32,000 nt of DNA. Origin: Candidatus Electronema halotolerans. GTDB lineage: Bacteria > Desulfobacterota > Desulfobulbia > Desulfobulbales > Desulfobulbaceae. The stretch covers positions 3,150,001 to 3,182,000 of the forward strand of contig OW818675.1 in the NCBI GenBank assembly GCA_942493095.1. Direction: 5' to 3'. Shown in pieces: positions 7,564 to 15,327 of this stretch (position 1 is the first letter of the stretch; each line of letters opens with the position of its first letter). The translations under genes were made by a program, and so were the position numbers. The notes beneath the pieces were generated by a model. It was not told where the DNA came from and did no database searches. It was given only the letters and a program-made list of their open reading frames with translations.

Positions 7564-9202
7564 AACGGTTCAGTCCGGCCTCGCGCAAGGTGGCCTGAAA
7601 GAGCGGCTCATGAGTACGCGGCGTGCAGGCCGCCACCACCAGCCGATTGAGCTTGTGTTCCTGAATAGTCTCGGTCAGCACCCGCTGCGCGTCCTGCGAG
7701 CAGGAATACATATTGGCCGAGGCGTAGGCAACATGAGGCAGAGTCTTGGCATATTCAGCCACTTCCGGCACATTAACCACGCCGCCGATGTTGATGCCGC
7801 AGTGGCAGACAAACACGCCCACTCGCGGCTCTTCCTGACTGATGTCGCGCTCGTCCGGGAAGACTGCCTTGACCGTTTCGCTGCCACGAGCTGCGGCAAG
7901 CTGGCCTGCGCAAAGAGCCGCCGCCCCGCCGCCTTGGGTGACAGAATCAGGAATATCTTTCGGCCCTTGGAACGCACCGATCACATAGACACCCGGCCTG
8001 CTGGTCGCCAGCGGGGTGTACGTGTTTGTTTCAGCAAAAAGGTACTCGTTCAGGTCAATGCCAGCGGCCTGAGCCAGCTTGTCCGCTTCATCCGGTGCCT
8101 CCAGTCCCTGCGAGAGCACGACCAGATCAAACTTTTCGCAATGATGCTTGCTGTCCTCAGTTGCCCACGTCAGCATCAGGCCGCCGCCGAAGACATCCTC
8201 GACCTTGGGCGGACGGGCATAGATCACTCGGAACTTGCCTTCTTCAATCGCCCGCTTGCGGGCCGCATCAAAGCCCTTGCCGTGGGTGCGCACGTCCATG
8301 TAAAAGAGGGTGATCTCGCAGTTCGGATCGTGCTCGCGGGCCAAGGTGGCCTGTTTGATCGCGTACATGCAGCAGACCGAGGAGCAGTAGTTGTTGCCGC
8401 AGGTCTCGTCGCGGGAGCCGATGCACTGGAGGAAGGCGATCTTCTTAGGATGCTTGTGATCGGAAATGCGGAGAATCTCACCGCCAGTCGGGCCAGAGGC
8501 GCACATCAGCCGCTCATGCTCAAAGGCCGTGACCACGTCTTGGAATTTGCCCAGACCGTACTTGGCCATGACCTCGTCGCTGATCCGGCCAAAGCCCGGA
8601 GCAAGAATCACTGCGCCGACTGGAATCTCCAGCGTTTTCTCTGTGTCATCAAAGCGGATCGCATTGGCTTGGCAGGCCACGGCGCAAAGGCCGCAGGTGT
8701 CAAAGTTCAGCTTCAGGCAGGCTTTGGCATCAATATAATACGAGGTCGGCACGGCCTGCGAATAGTCAATATGCGCGGCATGGTTGACCTCCATGTTCTC
8801 GTTGAAATCGTTGCCAATCTGCTTGAGACAGTAGAGCGTGCATTGGCCGCAGCCTGTGCAGACTTCTTCGTCAATATAGCGCGGCTGCTTTTTGATCGTG
8901 GCCGTGAAATTGCCCGGCTCGCCTTTCAGCTCAACCAGCTCGGACAGGGTGAGAATCTCAATGTTGGGATCACGGCCCGCCTCGACCAGCTTGGGCGCGA
9001 GGATGCAGAGCGAGCAGTCATTGGTGGGAAAGGTCTTGTCCAAGCGGGCCATGACCCCGCCGATAGCCCCGGACTTCTCAATCAGATACACCTTGTAGCC
9101 TAATTCTGTCAGGTCAAGGGCGGTCTGGACACCGGCCACGCCGCCGCCGATCACCATCACTGCGCCGCTGATCTTGCCGGGCTGTTCTGCAATTGCGTTC
9201 AT
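6134..9202 (-). CDS. hdrA: two-module HdrA-like FAD/FeS oxidoreductase (heterodisulfide reductase subunit A family), 1022 aa
   Basis: Two dinucleotide-binding motifs: GGGVAGVQTALDL and GGGLAGMTAAL. HdrA core VFVCHCGINIGG...LFEMANIRDQCSWVH. Four ferredoxin-type clusters: CTGCGQC, CGLCAVAC, CIGCGACESFCP, CKGCGVCAARCP. I trimmed the start to MNAIAEQ at 9202 because AAGGAGA lies 8 nt upstream; the ORF-track extension to 9397 looks non-coding. Confidence 0.9.
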   Translation of the reverse strand: MNAIAEQPGKISGAVMVIGGGVAGVQTALDLTELGYKVYLIEKSGAIGGVMARLDKTFPTNDCSLCILAPKLVEAGRDPNIEILTLSELVELKGEPGNFTATIKKQPRYIDEEVCTGCGQCTLYCLKQIGNDFNENMEVNHAAHIDYSQAVPTSYYIDAKACLKLNFDTCGLCAVACQANAIRFDDTEKTLEIPVGAVILAPGFGRISDEVMAKYGLGKFQDVVTAFEHERLMCASGPTGGEILRISDHKHPKKIAFLQCIGSRDETCGNNYCSSVCCMYAIKQATLAREHDPNCEITLFYMDVRTHGKGFDAARKRAIEEGKFRVIYARPPKVEDVFGGGLMLTWATEDSKHHCEKFDLVVLSQGLEAPDEADKLAQAAGIDLNEYLFAETNTYTPLATSRPGVYVIGAFQGPKDIPDSVTQGGGAAALCAGQLAAARGSETVKAVFPDERDISQEEPRVGVFVCHCGINIGGVVNVPEVAEYAKTLPHVAYASANMYSCSQDAQRVLTETIQEHKLNRLVVAACTPRTHEPLFQATLREAGLNRSLFEMANIRDQCSWVHIHEPERATEKAKDAVRMAVAKACHLTALEEMQLPVTPSALVIGGGLAGMTAALAIADQGFDVALVERGQSLGGKALLLTADRRGNDPRQAVQAVIDRVNSHARITVHTEAQVTACSGYVGNFTTTVESKGASELIHHGVTVLATGGNPYQPTQYCYGQSPKIVTQLELEQRLVADQDGLKAAKRAVMIQCVGSRDEDLTYCSRVCCGQALKNALRLKALQPEMQIVVLYRDMRSYGFMEDDYRKARQLGVIFTRYSLERKPEVSVEGDAVKVRYFDPLLGEELEADADLLALSTGIVPEDPTTLAKMLKVPVTAEKFFLEAHVKLQPVDLPVDGTFVCGLAHSPRSMDETVAQAQAAAGRASHPLAKGSVTPAPIVSQIDAEQCIGCGACESFCPYKAIDIYKDDNGKRKARTITASCKGCGVCAARCPTMAIDMGRFTMNGIMAQIHAFGEKVKEPVAA

Positions 9203-9521
9203 GTAGTCAATCTCCTTGGTGCGTCCGCCGCAGCGGCAAGGCCGCGCTGCCAGCGGAAGAATGAAATTGGTGCTGACGGCTCTCTGTGATGCGTCGGCCT
9301 GAGCAGCCGGAGAAATCAGGAGAAGAGAAAAGCCGCCGACAGTTTGTCCCAGCCTGAATCGGGCCGGATGCCGTGACGGCAATTTCAGATGATACAACGA
9401 ATCTTCAGCATCTCTGCCATGTTCCTGATGGGCAACGGATTGAAAAACTGCGCAAAAGGATAGCCCAATATGGACGGAATTGCAAGCGGAAAAGGCGGCG
9501 CAGGCCGCTGGAACAGCTGAC

Positions 9522-10076
9522 TCAGGCGGGCTTCGGCAAGGTGATCAGGAAACTTGCCCGCTGATGGAAATCAGGTTGGCTGCCGCAGTGGGCAAGCGCA
9601 TGGAAGCTCTGCTGGCCGTTGCGGTCGTGCAGGACTGCGCTCACGGCCAGTTCCGCAGGCTGTTCCGGGCGGATCAGTTCGGCCAAGGGAAAGTCCAGCG
9701 CAAGACGGCAGCAGTCCGCCTGCTGCTGCACGGTGAAGGGCAAGGCGGACAGAGCAGGTTCTTGCCGCATTCCGGCCCGATAGTCGGCAAACGCATAGAC
9801 ATTCCAATCCCCGGACGGCGACAGATTGACTTCCCAATACCGGGGCAGTCCTTGCGGCGCGATGAACAATTCAAAGCAGGTGCTCTGCCAGAGGCCGTCC
9901 CTGCGCCTCGGAGTAGTGCTTGGCGCAGGCAGGAGCAGTTCCGCCACCTTGCCGCGCAGCTCATAGCAGAGATGCAGGCCGGTGCGGCTGCGGACGATGT
10001 GACCGCTGATCTGGAAACGGGCGGCGGCGTTGCCCCAAGGCTGGAGAATAAATTCTGCAATACTCGCAAGCTGCAT
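9522..10076 (-). CDS. DOMON-like / CBM9-like domain protein (184 aa)
   Basis: Intact ORF with host-like GC. The pattern W.STCFELFI.P....YWE.NLSP.G.WN.Y.F..YR matches my memory of DOMON-like domain proteins. No signal peptide is evident. Confidence 0.5.
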   Translation of the reverse strand: MQLASIAEFILQPWGNAAARFQISGHIVRSRTGLHLCYELRGKVAELLLPAPSTTPRRRDGLWQSTCFELFIAPQGLPRYWEVNLSPSGDWNVYAFADYRAGMRQEPALSALPFTVQQQADCCRLALDFPLAELIRPEQPAELAVSAVLHDRNGQQSFHALAHCGSQPDFHQRASFLITLPKPA

Positions 10077-10526
10077 GACAAAAGCTGGGCAGGTTCAAGG
10101 GCAAAGTGATGTTCAAGGGGCAATATGCCGTGTTCCTGCGTGTTCGTCAAGCCATTGCCCTGACTTCGCAAGGGATGGAGTCAGCAGCATCTTGTCTTTT
10201 CTCCAGCCTTGGGCTATAGTCCGCTGTTCCCGCAGCGCATCTTGTTCACAGGAGGGCCGCCATGCCCGGTCCATTCACACCGTAGGAGCAGAAGCATGAA
10301 CCTTGCTTGGTTTAAAGATATTGCCCCGCATCTGAGCAGTCCACTGGTGCTGGTGGGCTTTACCTATATCAGAAACGCGGTGACTTGGACCAAGCGGAAA
10401 TTTGGTGGAAGCAAAGTCTGAGTCTGTTTCTGCCAATGTGCCATCCTTGTGCCAAGAAGATGCAACAATTGCTAAATGAATTAGCCCGGCACCGCGCCAG
10501 CCAGCAGGCACCCACTGCGGCCAATT

Positions 10527-10634
10527 CCCGATAGCAGTATCGGAACAAACTCGACAGTGCTTTCGGGCTGGCCCGATAGTGGTGTCGAGCTGGCCCGAAA
10601 GCAGTGTCGGGGAGAACCCGATACCGGTGTCGGG
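10527..10634. repeat. array of five 22-23-bp-spaced mini-palindromes (CCGAYA-N4-TRTCGG type)
   Basis: Units start at 10527, 10550, 10572, 10594 and 10617. Examples are CCCGATAGCAGTATCGG, CCCGATAGTGGTGTCGA, CCCGAAAGCAGTGTCGG and CCCGATACCGGTGTCGG. Positions 10527-10590 align 54/64 with 11301-11364. Confidence 0.85.
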
Positions 10635-10710
10635 GAACAACCATAGGTCTTGCAGTGAAGGGGCGCAGATCACTCTTGACAAACTGTCTCTTTCATGCGA
10701 CAGTCAGAGG

Positions 10711-11019
10711 ATGAAGTATGAGATAGAGACAAGCAATGTCTTTGACAAATGGCTGGCTGGCATCAAAGACCTCACCTTCAGAGCACGCATCATCAGCCGC
10801 TTTGACCGGATTCAGCTTGGCAGCTTTGGCGATCACAAAAGTCTGGGCGAGGGGCTGTTTGAGCTGCGTTTCTTCTTCGGCCCCGGCTTCCGCGCCTATT
10901 ACACCATCAAGGAATGCAAGGTTGTCTTCCTGCTTTGCGGGGGTGACAAGTCCAGCCAAAGCAAAGACATTGAACGAGCCAAGTCCATCATGGCCAGCTT
11001 GGAGCAGGAGTATGAATAA
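10711..11019 (+). CDS. higB: addiction-module killer protein (RelE/HigB superfamily, TIGR02683-like), 102 aa
   Basis: Motifs FDKWLAGIKD...RARIISRFDRIQLGSFGDHKSLGEGLFELRFFFGPGFRAYY...VFLLCGGDKSSQSKDIERAK. Gene order is toxin first. The start is trimmed to MKYEIET. There is an 8-nt overlap with the antidote gene. Confidence 0.85.
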   Translation: MKYEIETSNVFDKWLAGIKDLTFRARIISRFDRIQLGSFGDHKSLGEGLFELRFFFGPGFRAYYTIKECKVVFLLCGGDKSSQSKDIERAKSIMASLEQEYE

Positions 11020-11293
11020 GATCAGTACGAGAAAATGGGACGCGGTTGAATACCTTGACAGCCCGGAGATGATCCGTGAGTATCTCAGGGTTTCCTTTGA
11101 GGAAGGCGACACTGAGCAGCTCCTGATGGCCATCGGCCAAGTGGCCAAGGCGCAGGGCATCAGCGAGATTGCCCGGAAAGCCAATCTCAGCCGCCAGAAT
11201 CTCTACAAAGCCTTGGCGCAGGGCAGCTCGCCCAAGTTCGAGACCATCAGAAAGGTGGTGGAGGCTCTGGGCTGCAAACTGAGCATCGCCTGA
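11012..11293 (+). CDS. higA: addiction-module antidote protein, HigA family (HTH, TIGR02684-like), 93 aa
   Basis: Motifs WDAVEYLDSPEMIREYL...EGD...AIGQVAKAQGISEIARKANLSRQNLYKALAQGSSPKFETIRKVVEALGCKL. The start is trimmed to MNKISTRK at 11012. Confidence 0.85.
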   Translation: MNKISTRKWDAVEYLDSPEMIREYLRVSFEEGDTEQLLMAIGQVAKAQGISEIARKANLSRQNLYKALAQGSSPKFETIRKVVEALGCKLSIA

Positions 11294-11299
11294 GCCAAT

Positions 11300-11388
11300 C
11301 CCCGACAGCAGTATCAGAATAAACTCGACAGTGCTTTCGGGCTGGCTCAATAACGCTGTCGGGGAAGAACCGACTCAGCCCTGCGGGG
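11300..11388. repeat. second array of 3-4 of the same mini-palindrome units, in direct orientation
   Basis: Units start at 11300, 11324 and 11346, with a degenerate one at 11370. The 26-nt core AAACTCGACAGTGCTTTCGGGCTGGC (11321-11346) is identical to 10547-10572. Confidence 0.85.
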
Positions 11389-11569
11389 CTGGCTTTCTCA
11401 ATATGCCGCATCGTTCTTGCAGGATTCAGCACCTTCCTGTTTCCGCCTGCTCCGCACCAGCCGCGCTGCTCCCTCATATTGCCAAATCCCTCCAGACCGA
11501 GTATTGTTTCCTCCCATTGCAGACAGCCGAATCAGGCGGCTCCTTCCGAACCGACAGCTATGGACAGCA

Positions 11570-13225
11570 ATGGACATCCAACCAAGCAAAAAGACTAAGT
11601 TTATCTTCATCACCGGCGGCGTGCTTTCGTCTCTTGGCAAGGGGCTGGCCGCCGCCTCCATTGGCGCCCTGCTGGAGAGCCGGGGCATGACCGTCACCTT
11701 CCAGAAGCTGGATCCCTACATCAACGTGGATCCGGGCACCATGAATCCCTTCCAGCACGGCGAGGTCTATGTCACTGACGACGGAGCCGAGACCGACCTC
11801 GACATGGGCCATTATGAACGCTACACCAAGGCGGTCATGGGCCGGAAGAACAACTACACCTCCGGGCGGATTTACTACTCGGTGATCATGAAGGAGCGGC
11901 GCGGCGAGTATCTTGGCGGCACCGTGCAGATGATCCCGCACATCACCGACGAGATCAAGCGGGCCGTGATGCAGCTCGACGGCACGGCGGACGTGGCCAT
12001 CATCGAGATCGGCGGCACAGTCGGCGATATTGAGGGCCTGCCTTTTATCGAGGCCATCCGCCAATTGCGCGGCGACTTGGGCCGGGAGTATTCGCTGTAC
12101 ATCCACCTGACCTTGGTGCCCTTCATCAAGACCGCAGGCGAAATCAAGACCAAGCCGACCCAGCATTCGGTCAAGGAGCTGCTCGCCTCCGGTATCCAGC
12201 CGGACATCCTCATCTGCCGCACTGAGGTGCCGCTGGAAGCCTCGTTGAAAAAGAAAATTGCTTTGTTCTGCAATATTGAGGCGGAATCAGTGATCACCGC
12301 CGCTGACGTGGCCAACATTTACGAACTGCCCCTGCGTTTGCACGAGGAGGGCGCAGACCACCGCATCCTCCAGAAGCTGGGAATATGGACTGGCGCGCCC
12401 CACATCAAGGCGTGGCAGGAATTGGTGGAGAAGATCAGCAGTCCGGCCCACAGCGTCACCATCGGCATCACTGGCAAATATGTGGAATTGAAGGAAGCCT
12501 ACAAGAGCCTGCACGAGGCCTTGGTGCATGGCGGCTTGGCCAACGATGCCAAGGTGGAGCTGCGCTACATTGCTGCTGACGAGCTGGAAGGCCGTGATTC
12601 GTTAGACGAGCTGCAAGAATGCGACGGCATTCTGGTGCCGGGCGGCTTTGGCAGCCGGGGTATGGAAGGCAAAATCCGGGCCATCCGCCATGCGCGTGAG
12701 AACAGAATACCCTTCTTTGGCATCTGCCTGGGCATGCAGCTGGCCGTGGTCGAATTCTCCCGCAACGTGGCCGAGCTGAACGGTGCTGATTCGGTCGAGC
12801 TGAATCCGGCCACCGCTCATCCGGTCATCTATCTGCTGAAGGAGTGGTTTGATTTCCGCAGCGGCAGGACAGAGAAGCGGGACGAGAACTCGAACATGGG
12901 CGGCACCCTGCGCCTTGGAGCCTATCCCTGCGTGCTCAAGGAAGGCAGCTTCGCCCATGCCGCTTACGGCCAAGCTGAGATCAGCGAGCGGCACCGGCAC
13001 CGCTATGAGTTCAACAACGCCTACCGTGAACGGCTGGAGCAGGCCGGGCTGACTGTCAGCGGCACTTCGCCGGACAGCAGCTTGGTGGAAATTGTCGAGC
13101 TGGCCGAGCATCCGTGGTTCCTTGGCTGCCAGTTCCACCCGGAATTCAAGTCCAAGCCCATGCAGCCGCATCCCCTCTTCCGGGCCTTTATCGCTGCGGC
13201 CCTGCGGCACAAGGAGCAGGCATGA
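11570..13225 (+). CDS. pyrG: CTP synthase
   Basis: Motifs [16 protein letters not shown] and [38 protein letters not shown]. GATase motifs GICLGMQ and HRHRYEFN. The start is trimmed to [11 protein letters not shown]. Confidence 0.97.
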   Translation: MDIQPSKKTKFIFITGGVLSSLGKGLAAASIGALLESRGMTVTFQKLDPYINVDPGTMNPFQHGEVYVTDDGAETDLDMGHYERYTKAVMGRKNNYTSGRIYYSVIMKERRGEYLGGTVQMIPHITDEIKRAVMQLDGTADVAIIEIGGTVGDIEGLPFIEAIRQLRGDLGREYSLYIHLTLVPFIKTAGEIKTKPTQHSVKELLASGIQPDILICRTEVPLEASLKKKIALFCNIEAESVITAADVANIYELPLRLHEEGADHRILQKLGIWTGAPHIKAWQELVEKISSPAHSVTIGITGKYVELKEAYKSLHEALVHGGLANDAKVELRYIAADELEGRDSLDELQECDGILVPGGFGSRGMEGKIRAIRHARENRIPFFGICLGMQLAVVEFSRNVAELNGADSVELNPATAHPVIYLLKEWFDFRSGRTEKRDENSNMGGTLRLGAYPCVLKEGSFAHAAYGQAEISERHRHRYEFNNAYRERLEQAGLTVSGTSPDSSLVEIVELAEHPWFLGCQFHPEFKSKPMQPHPLFRAFIAAALRHKEQA

Positions 13226-13923
13226 GCGGTCAGAAAAAGCTGCGGGTGGTCACGATTGACGGGCCGTCCGGGGTGGGCAAATCCACGGTCAGCCGCAAGG
13301 TGGCCGCCGGTCTGGGCTGGACCTATCTGGACACTGGGGCGATGTATCGGGCCGTGGGCTTGCAGTGCCAGCGGGCAGGCATCAGCTTGGACGATGCCGA
13401 TGCGCTCGCCGCCCTGCTCGCCCGGCTTGACATTCAGATACTCCCGCCGCTGCATGAGAGCGATGATGTCCGCGTCCTGCTGCACGGCGAAGAAGTCAGC
13501 GAGGCCATCCGCAGCCCGAAAATGGGCATGATGGCTTCGCAGGTCTCAGCAATTCCGGCAGTGCGGACCAAGCTGACCACCTTGCAGCAGGCAATGGGCC
13601 GAGCTGGAGAGCTTGTTGCTGAGGGCCGCGACACTGGCACCGTGGTTTTCCCCAATGCAGCCTGGAAGTTCTATTTGGATGCGCCGCCGGAGGAACGCTG
13701 CCGCCGCCGGGCCGGGCAGCTCCGGGCCAAAGGCCAGCAGGTGGATGAGCAGGAGCTGCTGGCGCAGATCATCGAACGGGACCGGAACGACCGCGAGCGC
13801 ACAGTTGCCCCGCTGCAAATCGCTGAGGACGCGCTGCTGATTGACTCCTCCTGCCTGAGCGCGGACGAGGCGGCGGAAAAGATGCTGGCGCGGGTCAGGC
13901 AGGATGCCTCTGACAGTAAGTGA
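13222..13923 (+). CDS. cmk: cytidylate kinase
   Basis: P-loop [11 protein letters not shown], plus DTGAMYRA and [14 protein letters not shown] overlap with the pyrG stop. Confidence 0.95.
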   Translation: MSGQKKLRVVTIDGPSGVGKSTVSRKVAAGLGWTYLDTGAMYRAVGLQCQRAGISLDDADALAALLARLDIQILPPLHESDDVRVLLHGEEVSEAIRSPKMGMMASQVSAIPAVRTKLTTLQQAMGRAGELVAEGRDTGTVVFPNAAWKFYLDAPPEERCRRRAGQLRAKGQQVDEQELLAQIIERDRNDRERTVAPLQIAEDALLIDSSCLSADEAAEKMLARVRQDASDSK

Positions 13924-14023
13924 CCACCTTGCAGATTCTGCCCCTTTGCTTCTGGAGCGGATTGCCAGCATTTGCCGCTTGACCAATCGCCAGCCGCCCT
14001 ATAAAGTGGCTTTCACCATCATA

Positions 14024-14260
14024 GCCGTTGGTGCGCTTCATGGGAAGCGCGGCAGGCTGTCCTGCGGAAGAAGAACTCTTCCAGCAGGCAGCCGACAGGG
14101 AATCCGGTGCAAAACCGGAACTGTCCCGCAGCGGTAAGCGGAAACGAACACCGTCTCCTTTGCAAAAGGAAAAGCACTGCGCCTTGGCGCGGGAAGCGGC
14201 GGTCAGTAGGCCGCAGGCATAAGCCTGCCTTGTCCGCAAGTCCGAAAACCTGCCAATGGC
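14024..14260 (+). promoter_or_regulatory. cobalamin (B12) riboswitch aptamer
   Basis: Core AGGGAATCCGGTGCAAAACCGGAACTGTCCCGCAGCGGTAA. GCACTG...GGGAAGCGGC segment. B12-box-like AGTCCGAAAACCTGCC, 14/16 to my remembered consensus AGYCMGGAGACCKGCC. P1 can form between GCCGTTGG (14024-31) and CCAATGGC (14253-60). Confidence 0.85.
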
Positions 14261-14300
14261 GCACTTTTCAGCTTTTGCCCTTCGAGGAAAGGAGAAAGTC

Positions 14301-14459
14301 ATGCCGCACTGCGCCCCTTGCGCCGTGCCTGCGGTCTGCATTCCCTGCATCCGCAGCCCGGCCAGCATCCTTGTTTTCAAACCGCTCTGTTTATCGGCAG
14401 GCTCAACAACACCTGAGCGTGTCACATGGCATCCCCTGAAAACAAGGAGAACATCATAA
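14301..14459 (+). CDS. candidate 52-aa Cys-rich micro-protein or leader ORF
   Basis: GGAAAGGAGAAAG SD lies 5-6 nt before the ATG and ~30 nt after the riboswitch P1. Product is MPHCAPCAVPAVCIPC... (CxxC-x5-CxxC). Its TAA overlaps the next ATG (TAATG). No homology support is available to me. Confidence 0.35.
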   Translation: MPHCAPCAVPAVCIPCIRSPASILVFKPLCLSAGSTTPERVTWHPLKTRRTS

Positions 14460-15283
14460 TGCAGTTTAACGAGGAAAATTCCCGCTTGAACAGCGGTAGT
14501 GAGAAAAAATGCCTGCGCTTTGTCGGGCAGGACATGCAGATACTCAACCCCTTATTTTTTCGGGCGATTGAGGAACGCGACAGCCGCGCTGTGGCGGCAA
14601 TGGCGAGACGGCAGGCCGAAGCCGGGGCAGATGCCTTGGACCTGAACCTTGGCCCGGCCAAGAAGAACAGCAGCCTGCTGACTTGGGTGATTGAGACGGT
14701 CCAAACAGCGGTTGACCTGCCCCTCTTTGTCGCTTCGCAGATTCTCTCCATGCCTGATTTGCTGCAACAGCATCAGGACAGCATCACGGTCAATTCCGTG
14801 ACTGCTGATCCAACAACGCTGGCTGCTGCTATGGAAAGAGCTGGAGCGTATGGAGCCGGTCTGGTGGTGCTGCTGACCAAGCCTGGTCAGAGCGTGTTTT
14901 CGGCGGATGACCGCCTGCTGCTCGCGGCGGAAGTGCTGGAGACCGCAGCCTGCACCGGCTTTCCATTAGCCCGGCTCCACCTTGATCCGCTGTTCCGGCC
15001 TGGGCCGCAGGGCCTGCCTGATCTTGAGCCGGTGCTGGCAACCCTTGCCACCCTGCCGCTTTTAAGCCAGGAAAAGGTGCATACGATTGCAGCCTTGTCC
15101 AGCGCATCCGCCTTTTTGCCTGCGGCCAAACGCCCGGCCCTGCATCAGCGGCTGCTGCCCCTGCTTGCTGAGGCCGGCCTGGACACACTCATTCTCAACT
15201 GCAATGACCGCCGCCTGATGGAGATTGGTCGCCATCTGTCTGATCGTCCGGCGCAGCCGCTCTGGCAAGCAGCCACGGCCTGA
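14459..15283 (+). CDS. pterin-binding domain protein (DHPS / methyl-H4folate:corrinoid methyltransferase-like)
   Basis: The AEAGADALDLNLGP...DLPLFV.S...VNSV...GLVVLL...LHLDPL pattern resembles the MeTr/MetH pterin-binding barrel. I chose the start at 14459 because AAGGAGA lies 8 nt upstream; an alternative ATG at 14426 lacks an SD. Confidence 0.75.
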   Translation: MQFNEENSRLNSGSEKKCLRFVGQDMQILNPLFFRAIEERDSRAVAAMARRQAEAGADALDLNLGPAKKNSSLLTWVIETVQTAVDLPLFVASQILSMPDLLQQHQDSITVNSVTADPTTLAAAMERAGAYGAGLVVLLTKPGQSVFSADDRLLLAAEVLETAACTGFPLARLHLDPLFRPGPQGLPDLEPVLATLATLPLLSQEKVHTIAALSSASAFLPAAKRPALHQRLLPLLAEAGLDTLILNCNDRRLMEIGRHLSDRPAQPLWQAATA

Positions 15284-15294
15284 GCCTTTTCTGT

Positions 15295-15321
15295 CAGCAG
15301 GGAGACAGGCTCTCCCTGCTG
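15295..15321. terminator. GC-rich hairpin between convergent genes (possible terminator, no U-tract)
   Basis: Perfect 10-bp stem CAGCAGGGAG/CTCCCTGCTG with a 7-nt loop. Neither side has a T-run. Confidence 0.35.
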
Positions 15322-15327
15322 GCAGTC

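Noticed and set aside
7445-9103. Long antisense ORFs opposite real genes: 552 aa at 7445-9103, 363 aa at 25225-26316, 308 aa at 19098-20024, and also 16047-16712, 21419-22204, 24098-24817, 26958-27674, 28891-29664 and 29722-30552.
   Set aside because: Each lies entirely inside a gene with strong family motifs on the other strand. They are Arg/Ala/Gly/Leu-rich with no recognisable motifs and no SD. These are typical shadow ORFs of GC-rich DNA.
9203-9397. ORF-track N-terminal extensions: hdrA-like to 9397, pyrG from 11417, cmk from 13114, prc to 25090, DUF1015 from 25312, higB from 10579 and higA from 10736.
   Set aside because: In each case an internal ATG is preceded by a good SD and coincides with the point where family homology begins. 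The extensions read as low-complexity or run through upstream genes or repeats.
10093-10160. Direct repeat GTTCAAGGG(G)CAA x2 and a partial inverted copy (TTGCCCTGA) just upstream of the DOMON-like gene.
   Set aside because: The repeats are short (12-13 nt) and could be a local operator or chance. Nothing further in the sequence supports a call.
10527-10634. I considered whether the tandem 22-23-bp units are a CRISPR array or integron attC sites.
   Set aside because: The units are contiguous with no spacers, and there are no cas genes. They also lack the longer R''-L''/L'-R' architecture and GTTRRRY ends that I associate with attC sites. I kept them as an unexplained repeat finding instead.
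13895-14425. 176-aa minus-strand ORF and several 60-110-aa ORFs covering the cmk to pterin-binding intergenic region.
   Set aside because: The region is explained by a cobalamin riboswitch with canonical core motifs on the plus strand. The ORFs have no SD and an odd composition.
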